Positions 51,921 through 61,347 of a DNA stretch of 64,000 nt are shown one piece after another. Position 1 is the stretch's first letter. Every line of letters begins with the position of its first letter. Below the pieces are notes generated by a model. The model was not told where the DNA came from and did no database searches. It saw only the letters and a program-made list of their open reading frames with translations. Both the position numbers and the translations under genes were made by a program. The DNA comes from an uncultured Sutterella sp. (GTDB taxonomy: Bacteria > Pseudomonadota > Gammaproteobacteria > Burkholderiales > Burkholderiaceae_F): contig UQOW01000007.1 in the NCBI GenBank assembly GCA_900542805.1, positions 10,771 through 74,770 on the forward strand. Direction: 5' to 3'.

Positions 51921-52376
51921 ATGATTGCAAAACTTAAGGACATTGGTTTTATTCTTCTTGTCACGGCGATTTTCTCAGTGATTGCTAACTGTGTCGGTTT
52001 TAAAGGGGATATTGCCTCAGGCTCGTTGGGCGCTCTCGTTTTATTGATTATTACGTTCATCGGATGCGTCATTGCGAATTTGCCGGGGTTTTCCAAACTT
52101 CCGACGGTCTTTTGGGTTTCTTTGGTGGCGGTGATTGTTTCCATTCCGGGCGTTCCCGGTAGCGAATGGATTGTTGCCCAAGTCAAGCACGTTAACTTGC
52201 TGGCCACGACAACGCCGATTCTGGCCTATGCCGGCTTGTGTGTCGGTAAGGATTTGGAAGCCTTTAAGGCGCTTTCCTGGAAGATTATTCCGGTGGCGCT
52301 TTGCGTTTCCGCCGGTAGCTTCATTTGTGCGACAATCCTTGCGGAAATCATCCTGCGGTTCGAACACGTGTTCTGA
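51921..52376 (+). CDS. small hydrophobic membrane protein (4 TM) co-transcribed with the DUF3100-like gene
   Basis: MIAKLKDIGFILLVTAIFSVIAN… 11 nt downstream of the preceding stop. Confidence 0.6.
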   Translation: MIAKLKDIGFILLVTAIFSVIANCVGFKGDIASGSLGALVLLIITFIGCVIANLPGFSKLPTVFWVSLVAVIVSIPGVPGSEWIVAQVKHVNLLATTTPILAYAGLCVGKDLEAFKALSWKIIPVALCVSAGSFICATILAEIILRFEHVF

Positions 52377-52528
52377 TACACGGCTTTTCCGAGCGGTGCA
52401 GAAAATCCTGTGCGGGTTTTCTGCATCACTCGGAATTACTCAGTGCCCGACCGGCAGTTTTTTGCCGCATCGGGTCGGGCGAAGTCTTCCTGCGGGGGCT
52501 TCGCTTTTTTATCAATTCGGGGGTTGTC

Positions 52529-53836
52529 GTGAACATTACGGAAATCAAACAGAAAGTCTTAAAAGCTATTGAGGCTCGGCGTGCGGATATCGAAGCGATT
52601 GCTCAGGCCATTTTGAAAGAGCCCGAACTCGGCTACAAGGAAATCAAAACATCGGCTAAGGTTCGTGCGGCGTTCGATGCTTTAGGTCTTGAGTACACAA
52701 CGGGCTGGGGTATCACGGGAATAAAGGCTCGCATTAAGGGCGGTAAGCCCGGCAAGACCGTGGCCGTTATCGGGGAACTTGATGCTGTCATTTGCAAAAA
52801 CTCTCCGTATGCCGCTCCGAGCGGTGCGGCGCACTGCTGCGGGCATAACGTGCAGATTGCCAACATGCTTGCCGTTGCGTGGGCCCTCGTGGATTCGGGC
52901 GTGATGAAAGAACTTGCCGGCGACGTGGTCTTTTTTGCCGTTCCGGCCGAGGAGTACGTGGAACTCGGGTATCGTGCCGAACTTGTCAAGCAAGGCAAGA
53001 TTTCGTACCTCGGCGGTAAAGAGCAGATTATCAAAGAGGGTGGGTTCGACGATATCGACATCGCTCTTCAGATGCATGTGGACATCACAGATAAGCCGGA
53101 GGGGTACTACGGGTCCGGAGCCAGTTGCAACGGTTTTATCGGAAAGATCGTCGAGTACAACGGACGTGCATCTCATGCGGCCGGCGCGCCCGACAAGGGT
53201 ATTAATGCCTTAAATGCCGCCATGATCGGCATGATGGGGGTCAACGCCATTCGTGACCGCTTCAAGGAGTCCGATTACGTGCGTTTCCATCCGATTTTGA
53301 CCAACGCCGGGGACCTTGTGAATGTCGTTCCCGATCACGTGACGATGGAAAGCTACGTGCGTGCGGCGACTATCGAAGGCTTAAAGCATTACAACGCCGA
53401 CATTAATCGGGCCTTGAAAGCCGGGGCCGACGCCATCGGTGCCGAATGTGTTATTCATGATATGCCCGGGTATCTGCCGCTGAGTCCCGATACTCGGTTG
53501 CGTGCCCTCTTGGAAGAAAACGCCCGTGCATTTTTCTCGCCTGAAGACGTCGGCGCCGGTCCGCACAACACCGCGAGTACCGACATGGGCGATGTCTCGC
53601 ATTTAATCCCTATTGTTCACGCTTGGGTCGGTTGCGCACGCGGATCGCTTCACGGTGCCGATTACAAGCTTGCCGACACGAAGACAGCCTTTGAGAGGTC
53701 GCCGGCGGTTTTGGCATGGACGGTTGTGGATTTGTTGGCCGGAAACGGGGAAGTTGCCGAGCGCATTTGCGAAAAATTCAAGCCCGTACTCACAAAGAAA
53801 ACGTATTGTGAGTTCATGGATTCGATTGGGAAATAG
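52529..53836 (+). CDS. M20D-family amidohydrolase (aminoacylase / hippurate-hydrolase-like)
   Basis: …AAPSGAAHCCGHNVQIANMLAVAW… metal-binding motif of M20D. GTG start with a GGGGG RBS 6 nt upstream. 435 aa. Confidence 0.75.
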   Translation: MNITEIKQKVLKAIEARRADIEAIAQAILKEPELGYKEIKTSAKVRAAFDALGLEYTTGWGITGIKARIKGGKPGKTVAVIGELDAVICKNSPYAAPSGAAHCCGHNVQIANMLAVAWALVDSGVMKELAGDVVFFAVPAEEYVELGYRAELVKQGKISYLGGKEQIIKEGGFDDIDIALQMHVDITDKPEGYYGSGASCNGFIGKIVEYNGRASHAAGAPDKGINALNAAMIGMMGVNAIRDRFKESDYVRFHPILTNAGDLVNVVPDHVTMESYVRAATIEGLKHYNADINRALKAGADAIGAECVIHDMPGYLPLSPDTRLRALLEENARAFFSPEDVGAGPHNTASTDMGDVSHLIPIVHAWVGCARGSLHGADYKLADTKTAFERSPAVLAWTVVDLLAGNGEVAERICEKFKPVLTKKTYCEFMDSIGK

Positions 53837-53877
53837 CGAAGTGTCATCGGGCGCTTAAAAAGCGCCCGATGCAGGAA

Positions 53878-54819
53878 TTAAAGCGCGTAGCCTAATGGCG
53901 CGTCGCCGTACGTTGCTATCAGACGCTCGATGAGCTCTTGCCGTGTCGGGCGGTAGGTTTGTGCGCCTTCGCTTTGCACTTTAAACGAGGCGAGAGTACA
54001 ACCGAGTTGCAAAGCGTGTTTCCAATCCAGGTTGTGAAGTACCGCGTGCAAAAGACCGGCACGGAAGGCGTCTCCCGCACCGATGGTATCTTGTGCGCGG
54101 ACAGCACAAGCGGAAACGTGGAAAGATTTCCGACGCGTCAAGACAGAGGCGCCCTTTTCCGCTTGTGTCACAATCAACGCATCGCACAAGGCCGTTATCG
54201 CCTCTTCTTTAAGGCCGGTTATGCGCTTGACCAGTTCAAGTTCGTAGTCGCTCATGACGACATAGCGAGCTTTGTGGAAACAACTTACTAACTCAGTCGC
54301 GGTAAAACGCGGCGTTATTTGTCCGGGATCGAAAAAGAACGGAATACCGCGTCGAGAGAATTCATCGATGCGGGCGAGCATCACCGAACGCGTTTCCGGA
54401 GAAACGATGCCGACTTTTACGCTCTCCTCGGGCCAAAGATCGGGTCGGGTGAAAAGAGCGGCGTTCGGACAAAAGGTTGCGATCTGCGAGCCCGAGGCAT
54501 CGGAAAGGATGACGCATTGAGCCGTGTAGGCGTTTTCAACGTATGTCGGAACAACGCGAATACCGCACTCGTGCAGATGGTTTAAGTACGCGTCGGCATC
54601 GTTTGCTCCGAAGGCACTCAAAAGAACGGTTTGATCTCCGAGCAGACGACAAGCGTAGGCGATGTTGCCGCCGCATCCGCCGAAACGGCGCTCCATGGAG
54701 GCGGCGGGAAAACACACGTTGAGGTGATCAAGGCGGCTTTGTATTAATTGCGATTGAAACCGTCCTGGAAACTTAAAGACGGTGTCATAGGCAGCCGAAC
54801 CGGCCACACAGATACTCAT
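53878..54819 (-). CDS. PfkB-family carbohydrate/nucleoside kinase
   Basis: N-terminal GG motif (…VAGSAAYD…GGCGGNIAYA…) and C-terminal TIGAGDAFRAGLL anion-hole / catalytic-Asp motif. Confidence 0.75.
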   Translation of the reverse strand: MSICVAGSAAYDTVFKFPGRFQSQLIQSRLDHLNVCFPAASMERRFGGCGGNIAYACRLLGDQTVLLSAFGANDADAYLNHLHECGIRVVPTYVENAYTAQCVILSDASGSQIATFCPNAALFTRPDLWPEESVKVGIVSPETRSVMLARIDEFSRRGIPFFFDPGQITPRFTATELVSCFHKARYVVMSDYELELVKRITGLKEEAITALCDALIVTQAEKGASVLTRRKSFHVSACAVRAQDTIGAGDAFRAGLLHAVLHNLDWKHALQLGCTLASFKVQSEGAQTYRPTRQELIERLIATYGDAPLGYAL

Positions 54820-55823
54820 GGGTATATCGGTGTGGCGATGCAACGGGAAGGCGTGGCGTTGGTGCGCATGTTGATACGCACCGTGAGCGAGCGCCCGGCG
54901 CCGAGGCTTTTTACCGAGGGGTCCGCAAGAAAATCCGCAGGCGTTAAAACCTGGCGGGTAATTTCTGCATCGTTATCATCGACAAGTTGTAACGAAAGAT
55001 GCGGCACGGCCTGCGCGATGGTCGATCCGTTCAGAATCGTCACTTCGAGAGTGTAGTTTCCCGGAGTTCCCGAACTTGTCAGTTGTGCTTTCGTCACGGC
55101 AAAGGCTTCGATGTTTTTCAAGAAGAAGCCCGGACAGGTGATTTTCGTGCAAACGGATTCGAAAAGAGATTTTGAGGACGGGAATTTCTGCAAAATCATC
55201 TGGTTAAACACAATCGCACCGACGGCAAGAATCACAAGCAAAAGGGCTCCGGTGATAACAGGACCGACCCACGTGTTCTTCTTTCGTTTCGGTGCCGTAC
55301 CGACGGTTTGCGGAACGTTTTTTTCGGATTCTGACTCTTTTGCTTCGCCTTGAGAAGTCCCTTTCGGTGCCGTTTCCGAGCAGCTCGGTATTCCGACGGT
55401 CGGCTCCGTCCGACCGGAAAAATCGCTCATCAAAATAGAGAGTTTTTCAAGCTCTTTTTGCGCATGCCGCGGAGGGGCGGGCAAAGGGACTTCCTGCGGA
55501 GCGAGGCTCGGCTCTTCAGGTGTTGCGGCTTGCACCGTCACCGGTGCATGAACGGGGGCCTGAATCGGGGGAGTTTGAAGAAAAGTGGACTCGCTCGGCA
55601 TCGCGTTTTCGGGCGCTACCGTTCCTGGCATTTTCTCCGGAATCGTCGCTTGCGTAGCGGGGTTCTGTTGCGGGAACAGGGCATCGGGTACGCACAGCAA
55701 ATCCCGTGTGGCATCGAAACACTTCAAACACTTGGAACACTTGACCGGGGCGGCCTCGGCCGTCTCTTGATTCGGTAGCAACCAAACGGCACCGCAATAC
55801 GGGCAACGCGTTACATAGGCCAT
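54816..55823 (-). CDS. MJ0042-type zinc-ribbon protein with a Pro-rich linker, TM segment and DUF3426-like C-terminal domain
   Basis: [17 protein letters not shown]…CSKCLKCFDA zinc ribbon, a Pro/Ala/Gln-rich spacer, and TM helix VGPVITGALLLVILAVGAIVF. Overlaps prmA by 13 nt. Confidence 0.65.
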   Translation of the reverse strand: MAYVTRCPYCGAVWLLPNQETAEAAPVKCSKCLKCFDATRDLLCVPDALFPQQNPATQATIPEKMPGTVAPENAMPSESTFLQTPPIQAPVHAPVTVQAATPEEPSLAPQEVPLPAPPRHAQKELEKLSILMSDFSGRTEPTVGIPSCSETAPKGTSQGEAKESESEKNVPQTVGTAPKRKKNTWVGPVITGALLLVILAVGAIVFNQMILQKFPSSKSLFESVCTKITCPGFFLKNIEAFAVTKAQLTSSGTPGNYTLEVTILNGSTIAQAVPHLSLQLVDDNDAEITRQVLTPADFLADPSVKSLGAGRSLTVRINMRTNATPSRCIATPIYP

Positions 55824-56737
55824 GATGATTCCTTCGGGTAAACCGATTGCTTTTTCCCTGTCAGGCAAATCCAGTCTTCTTGCTGTTTCCAGACCGAGAG
55901 TTTGACACCGATTGCCTCATAGGTGTTGATGATGTCTTGCGCTTGATGCGCCAAAATACCCGAAAGCGTCAAACTCCCGTTTTCGGAAAGATATCCGACA
56001 AGGGCAGGTGCCAATACTTTCAGAGGATTAGCCAAGATATTTGCAATGACAATGTCAAAGTGTCGATGTTCCAATGTTTCGGGTAGTGAAAACGTAGCGG
56101 TAACGGCGTTAATTTTGGCATTGTAACAGGCAGCTTCAACGGCTTGCGGGTCGATATCTGTCCCGACAACAGGTGCAGCGCCGAGCTTAGCGGCGGCAAT
56201 GGCCAAAATGCCGGTTCCGCAACCGTAGTCCAAAACCGACAGGCCCGAACGCACGTTTTCATCAAGCCACTTTAAGCAAAGGTGCGTTGTCGGATGTGCT
56301 CCCGTGCCGAAGGCAACTCCCGGATCGAGTCGGATGTTGACGGCCCTGGCATCGGGAAGTTCACACCAACTCGGAACAATCCACAGACGGTCGCTCACTT
56401 TGGTCGGCCCGAATTGCGATTGCGTTAACTTGACCCAATCGGTCTCGGGTACCGGAACAATCGATTCGATCGGCTCGGGCGGTTGCCCGATAAAGTCAAA
56501 GGCCGCTTTCACAAGAAAGGTCGGATTGCTTTTTTCATCAATAAGAAACTTAAGGCGTGAGCGCTTCCAGGCGCAGGTCGTCGGCTCTAATCCGGGCTCC
56601 CCGAAAAGCGGCTCTTCGTTGGCGTTATCGGCATCGGCATCCTCTAGCGTAATGCTCAGAGCGCCCCTATCTATCAGAGCGTCACCGAGGGACTCGGCTT
56701 GGTTTTGTGCAACAAGAAGCGTCACTTCACGCAGCAT
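55811..56737 (-). CDS. prmA: ribosomal protein L11 methyltransferase
   Basis: …[21 protein letters not shown]…[15 protein letters not shown]… Downstream of accC as in the conserved accBC-prmA arrangement. Confidence 0.85.
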   Translation of the reverse strand: MLREVTLLVAQNQAESLGDALIDRGALSITLEDADADNANEEPLFGEPGLEPTTCAWKRSRLKFLIDEKSNPTFLVKAAFDFIGQPPEPIESIVPVPETDWVKLTQSQFGPTKVSDRLWIVPSWCELPDARAVNIRLDPGVAFGTGAHPTTHLCLKWLDENVRSGLSVLDYGCGTGILAIAAAKLGAAPVVGTDIDPQAVEAACYNAKINAVTATFSLPETLEHRHFDIVIANILANPLKVLAPALVGYLSENGSLTLSGILAHQAQDIINTYEAIGVKLSVWKQQEDWICLTGKKQSVYPKESSWPM

Positions 56738-58106
56738 TGCTCGTTTTCTCCTTACGCCGCAATTGCCATTCCGTCAGTTTTCTCTCCAGGTAATGGATGT
56801 CCCGTTCCCCTTGGGTAAAACCGGAGTCGGCTAAAACGGCGCGCAAAAGCGGCGTGTTGGTGCTGATACCTTCGCAGGCCAATTCCGTCAGGGCTACTTT
56901 CATACGAGCTAAAGCCGTTTCGCGGTCCGGACCGCTTGCAATGAGTTTGGCAATGAGACTATCGTAGTAGGGAGGAACGTTGTATCCGGTATATAGGTGA
57001 CTTTCCATGCGAATGCCCGGCCCTCCCGGAACGTGCCAGACCGAAACGCGCCCGGGACTCGGCCGGAAGGTAAACGGCGTTTCGGCATTGATACGGCATT
57101 CGATGGCTGCCCCACGCGGGATGATATCTTTCTGCTTGAGCGTTAAACGCTCACCGGAGGCCAGACGAATTTGTTCACACACCAAATCGATGCCGGTGAC
57201 AAGTTCCGTGACCGGGTGTTCGACCTGAATGCGTGTATTCATTTCAATGAAGTAAAAGTTCTCGTTTTCATACAAGAACTCAAAGGTACCGGCTCCGCGA
57301 TAGCCGATTCGACGGCATGCTTCGACACAACGCTCGCCGAGCCGTTCAATCGCTTTGCGAGAAATCCCGGGAGCCGGACTTTCTTCGATAATTTTCTGGT
57401 TGCGCCGCTGCATGGAGCAGTCGCGCTCGCCCAAATAGACGGCATTTTGGAAGTTGTCGCACAGAATCTGAATCTCGATATGGCGCGGATTTTCCAGGTA
57501 CTTTTCCAAATAAAGCTTATCGGAGCCGAATGCGTTTTTCGCTTCCGCCCGCAGTAGGGCAATGGAATTTACAAGTGCCGCTTCGGTACGCACGGCTCGC
57601 ATGCCGCGACCGCCGCCGCCGGCACAGGCTTTGATAATCACCGGGTAGCCGACTTCTTCGGCCAAATCCAAGACCTGTTGCGTGTCATCCGGCAGTTCCG
57701 TAAGGGACCCCGGAACACAGGGGATTCCGGCTTTGGCCATCATGCGCTTAGCATTGATTTTGTCGCCCATCAACCGAATGGTATCGCCGCGCGGGCCGAT
57801 GAAGGCAAAGCCGCTTTTTTCCACACGGTCGGCAAAGTCGGCATTTTCCGACAAAAAGCCGTACCCCGGGTGAATGGCCTCGGCGTCGGTGACTTCCGCG
57901 GCCGAAATAATGGCTGGGATATTCAGGTAACTCATCGACGGCGCAGGCGGGCCGATACACACGCTTTCATCGGCGAGCCGAACATGCATGGCGTCGGCGT
58001 CGGCCGTCGAGTGAACCGCTACGGTCTTGATATTCATCGTGCGGCAGGCGCGCAGGATTCTGAGCGCTATTTCTCCGCGATTGGCGATGAGGATTTTTCC
58101 AAACAT
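56727..58106 (-). CDS. accC: acetyl-CoA carboxylase biotin carboxylase subunit
   Basis: [22 protein letters not shown]… ATP-grasp domain. 459 aa. Confidence 0.95.
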   Translation of the reverse strand: MFGKILIANRGEIALRILRACRTMNIKTVAVHSTADADAMHVRLADESVCIGPPAPSMSYLNIPAIISAAEVTDAEAIHPGYGFLSENADFADRVEKSGFAFIGPRGDTIRLMGDKINAKRMMAKAGIPCVPGSLTELPDDTQQVLDLAEEVGYPVIIKACAGGGGRGMRAVRTEAALVNSIALLRAEAKNAFGSDKLYLEKYLENPRHIEIQILCDNFQNAVYLGERDCSMQRRNQKIIEESPAPGISRKAIERLGERCVEACRRIGYRGAGTFEFLYENENFYFIEMNTRIQVEHPVTELVTGIDLVCEQIRLASGERLTLKQKDIIPRGAAIECRINAETPFTFRPSPGRVSVWHVPGGPGIRMESHLYTGYNVPPYYDSLIAKLIASGPDRETALARMKVALTELACEGISTNTPLLRAVLADSGFTQGERDIHYLERKLTEWQLRRKEKTSNAA

Positions 58107-58126
58107 TCCCGAGCAGTCCGAATGGG

Positions 58127-58600
58127 TTAACGGCGGATTTCAAACAACGGTTGGCCGAATTCAACCGGATCGCCGTTTTCAACGAGAACATTGACGATTT
58201 CCCCGTCAAACTCGGCCTCGATTTCGTTTAATAGCTTCATGGCCTCGATGATGCAGACGGTTTCGCCGGCACGAACTTTTTGTCCGACGGAAACAAAGGG
58301 TTTAGCTCCAGGGGACGGCGCACGGTAAAACGTGCCGACCATCGGGGCATTGATTGTTTCGGCTGCCGGAGCTGCAACGGGTGGATCGACTTTGGCTTCC
58401 GGTGCCGTGCTTGCCGGTTGTGCCGAAGGCGTACCCGTACACACGGGCGTTGCCTGCGTACGAATGCCGTCGGGACTGTTGACGATGCGAACGCGATCTT
58501 CGCCTTCGGTTAAATCGATTTCGGAAATTCCGGCTTCCTTTAATAAATCGATAATGCTTTTGAGTTTACGTAAGTCCATAACGTCATCCCACAATGACAA
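58127..58600 (-). CDS. accB: acetyl-CoA carboxylase biotin carboxyl carrier protein
   Basis: C-terminal …[15 protein letters not shown]… biotinyl-lysine motif (AMKL) and a Pro/Ala-rich linker. Confidence 0.9.
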   Translation of the reverse strand: MSLWDDVMDLRKLKSIIDLLKEAGISEIDLTEGEDRVRIVNSPDGIRTQATPVCTGTPSAQPASTAPEAKVDPPVAAPAAETINAPMVGTFYRAPSPGAKPFVSVGQKVRAGETVCIIEAMKLLNEIEAEFDGEIVNVLVENGDPVEFGQPLFEIRR

Positions 58601-58755
58601 TGTAAACGCCGAACTAGGTGTCTTTTTATCGGAATTATCGGCAATTGAGGCTAATTTCGTCTATCTTGTCAAGAGCAATTCCTGCAAGTTCTTTAGGCCG
58701 AATCATATACAAAAGCAGGAAAAACGACAAAAACGCCCTATCGACAACTGGAAAA

Positions 58756-59361
58756 TCACGGCAGGACAAGAACATCGGCCAGGTTTTCGGCGCTGATTCG
58801 TCCCGAAGCTTCCCAGGGACTTTGCCAGGCATCGGGGGAGCGTTTCCGGGGATTGCGAGAATTGAAGTGTTTCGGGAAGATTTCGATGCGGATAGCTTCA
58901 AAATCGCCGCAGAGGTCGTTTTTCAATAAAAAACCGAGAGTTAGGTCTTGCTTTCCGACCGGGCTCGGTTCGTCATCGATGGCCTGAGCGTCGATTCCTG
59001 TATCTAAAAGAAAGAGAAGAACGCTCTTGGCATCGTCTTCGAAAACCTCGATTCGAATACTCGTTTCCGGACCGGCACACCCGTTTAGGACAGCACCGCA
59101 CAGCCAGGCATCAAAGGGGACAAGCAAACGCAGTACTTTTAGGGCACAAAGGCGCTTGGTTTTTAAAAGACTTTCGTGGTCTTGAGGCTTGAATGTGGCC
59201 CAGGTCTCGCGTACGGCCGATTCCAAAACATCGGACCGAATACGGATCCCGTTTTCGCGTTGGGCGCAGTCGCGAGCTGCGGCCCAAGGTGTTCCGTCTA
59301 AAACAACAGACTCGGCGGCGGCCAAAGCAGCTTGACGCAAAAGACGCGACTTGATGTTCAT
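58756..59361 (-). CDS. hypothetical protein (about 200 aa, no family recognised)
   Basis: MNIKSRLLRQAALAAAESVV… starts at an internal ATG 58 bp from divergent mpl. The longer 241-aa ORF would overlap the mpl start region. Confidence 0.45.
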   Translation of the reverse strand: MNIKSRLLRQAALAAAESVVLDGTPWAAARDCAQRENGIRIRSDVLESAVRETWATFKPQDHESLLKTKRLCALKVLRLLVPFDAWLCGAVLNGCAGPETSIRIEVFEDDAKSVLLFLLDTGIDAQAIDDEPSPVGKQDLTLGFLLKNDLCGDFEAIRIEIFPKHFNSRNPRKRSPDAWQSPWEASGRISAENLADVLVLP

Positions 59362-59419
59362 AGTCCTTTTTTCGGGCGGTACAATCCGCTTTTCTTTTAC
59401 TGATTTTAGACACTTTCCG

Positions 59420-60760
59420 ATGCATATCCATATTCTCGGTATTTGCGGCACATTTATGGGGGGCGTTGCCCGGTTGGCCATCCAAGCCGGTCATACGGTC
59501 ACCGGTTCCGATCAGAACGTCTATCCGCCGATGAGTAATCAGCTCGAGGAGGCCGGGGTACGCATCGAACAAGGATATTCGGCCGACCAATTGGTTATCA
59601 AGCCCGACCTTTGGGTGGTTGGCAATGCCGTCAGTCGCGGCAATCCCCTCTTGGAGGCAATTCTCAATGCCGGAGAGCGGTACACGTCCGGCCCGCAGTG
59701 GATTAGCGAAACGGTTTTACAAGGACGCCATGTCCTTGCCGTTGCCGGAACGCACGGAAAAACAACGACCACATCCCTTTTAGCGTGGATTTTAGATTTC
59801 GCCGGAATGAACCCTGGGTTTTTAATCGGAGGGGTTCCGGCCGATTTCGGACACTCGGCGCAGCTCGGGACGGGAAAGACCTTTGTTATCGAGGGCGATG
59901 AGTACGACACGTGTTTTTGCGATAAGCGCAGTAAGTTTGTCCACTACAGACCGCGCACGGCAATTCTCAATAATCTGGAATACGATCACGCCGATATCTT
60001 CGAGAATCTCGTGGCCATTGAAAAGCAGTTTCACCATCTCGTAAGGACCATTCCCTCCGAAGGCCTTGTCATTTCTAATGCGAGGTCCGAGGCGCTCGAG
60101 CGCGTCTTAAAAATGGGGCTTTGGAGTCGCTTAGAGCGCTTTGACGACGCAAGCGGGTGGTCTCTTGACGAGCAGAACTCGGTTTTAAAGGCCGGGAAAA
60201 AGCTCGGGACTTTGGAGTTTTCGCTTGCCGGTCGTCACAACCGCTTAAATGCACTTGCCGCTCTTGCGGCCTCTTGCGACGTCGGCGTGTCGCCGAGCAA
60301 GGCCTTGGAGGCGCTTTCGCATTTTTCGGGCGTTAAACGGCGCTTGGAAGTGAAGGGAACGAAGCGTGGCGTGACCGTGATTGATGATTTTGCGCATCAT
60401 CCGACGGCGATTCGAGAGACGATTGCGGCATTACGGTCCCGCATGTCCGGAAAGGGCCGCATCCTTGCCGTGTTCGAGCCTCGCAGCAACACGATGAAAC
60501 TCGGAACGATGAAAGATAAGCTCGCAGATTCGCTTTCCGGGGCCGATAAGGTTTACTGCTACAGTGGGGCCGATGTCGGCTGGAACGCGGCTGAGGCGCT
60601 CGCTCCCCTTGCGGAAAAAGCGCAGTGTTTTTCTGGCGATATTGCGCTGCTTGTGGCGGCTGTAGCCTCCGAAGCGCACCGGGGCGACGCAATTTTATGC
60701 ATGAGTAACGGAGCGTTTTGCGGGGTGCAGGATAAGCTTCTGGCGGCACTTGCATCGTAG
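59420..60760 (+). CDS. mpl: UDP-N-acetylmuramate:L-alanyl-gamma-D-glutamyl-meso-diaminopimelate ligase
   Basis: MHIHILGICGTFMGGVARLA…AVAGTHGKTTTTSL… (Mur ligase family, Mpl-type N-terminus). Confidence 0.85.
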   Translation: MHIHILGICGTFMGGVARLAIQAGHTVTGSDQNVYPPMSNQLEEAGVRIEQGYSADQLVIKPDLWVVGNAVSRGNPLLEAILNAGERYTSGPQWISETVLQGRHVLAVAGTHGKTTTTSLLAWILDFAGMNPGFLIGGVPADFGHSAQLGTGKTFVIEGDEYDTCFCDKRSKFVHYRPRTAILNNLEYDHADIFENLVAIEKQFHHLVRTIPSEGLVISNARSEALERVLKMGLWSRLERFDDASGWSLDEQNSVLKAGKKLGTLEFSLAGRHNRLNALAALAASCDVGVSPSKALEALSHFSGVKRRLEVKGTKRGVTVIDDFAHHPTAIRETIAALRSRMSGKGRILAVFEPRSNTMKLGTMKDKLADSLSGADKVYCYSGADVGWNAAEALAPLAEKAQCFSGDIALLVAAVASEAHRGDAILCMSNGAFCGVQDKLLAALAS

Positions 60761-60767
60761 AGTCTTC

Positions 60768-61343
60768 ATGCTCGGAACAGTCCTATATTTGCACGGCTTT
60801 TTATCCGGTCCGACGGGACTCAAAGCGCGTCTTGTGCAGCAAGAGTGTCAAAAGCGTTCTTTGGCGTGTCTTTTGCCGGATTTAAATGAGGAACCCGCGA
60901 AGGTTTGGCAGCAACTGTTGGCGCTTTTAAAAACCTATGAGCCGGGCACAATCGGGATTGTCGCCTCAAGCCTCGGTGGGTTTTATGCTGCACGGGCCTT
61001 AGGAAAAGTGGCTTGTCGAGCGGTTCTTATTAATCCTGCGACACATCCGTGGGACGCCATCGACTCGTTCCTCGGAGAGCAAAAGACGTCAGACGGACGC
61101 CTTGTCGTGATTAAAAAAGAGTATGCCGAGCAGTTGCGGTCGCTCAAGGCGATGCCGTTTAAAAATCCGTCACGGGTGCTCATTGCACTTTCGACGGCAG
61201 ATGAAGTTTTAAATTGGAAAGAAGCGCGCGATGCTTTTTCACACTCGCCGCTTTTGATGCTTGAAAATGCGGACCACGCGGTCAGTCAGTTTGCACGGTA
61301 CGTTTCGCAGGTCATCGATTTTTTGACCGAGCAGAAAGGTTAG
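60768..61343 (+). CDS. yqiA: YqiA-like esterase (alpha/beta hydrolase, UPF0227)
   Basis: MLGTVLYLHGFLSGP…GIVASSLGGFYA (GxSxG). About 190 aa. Confidence 0.7.
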   Translation: MLGTVLYLHGFLSGPTGLKARLVQQECQKRSLACLLPDLNEEPAKVWQQLLALLKTYEPGTIGIVASSLGGFYAARALGKVACRAVLINPATHPWDAIDSFLGEQKTSDGRLVVIKKEYAEQLRSLKAMPFKNPSRVLIALSTADEVLNWKEARDAFSHSPLLMLENADHAVSQFARYVSQVIDFLTEQKG

Positions 61344-61347
61344 AAGA

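Noticed and set aside
59362-59481. Longer start (MANRATPPINV…) for the hypothetical protein divergent from mpl
   Set aside because: The extension would run into the mpl promoter and start region. The internal ATG at 59361 was chosen, but the start is uncertain.
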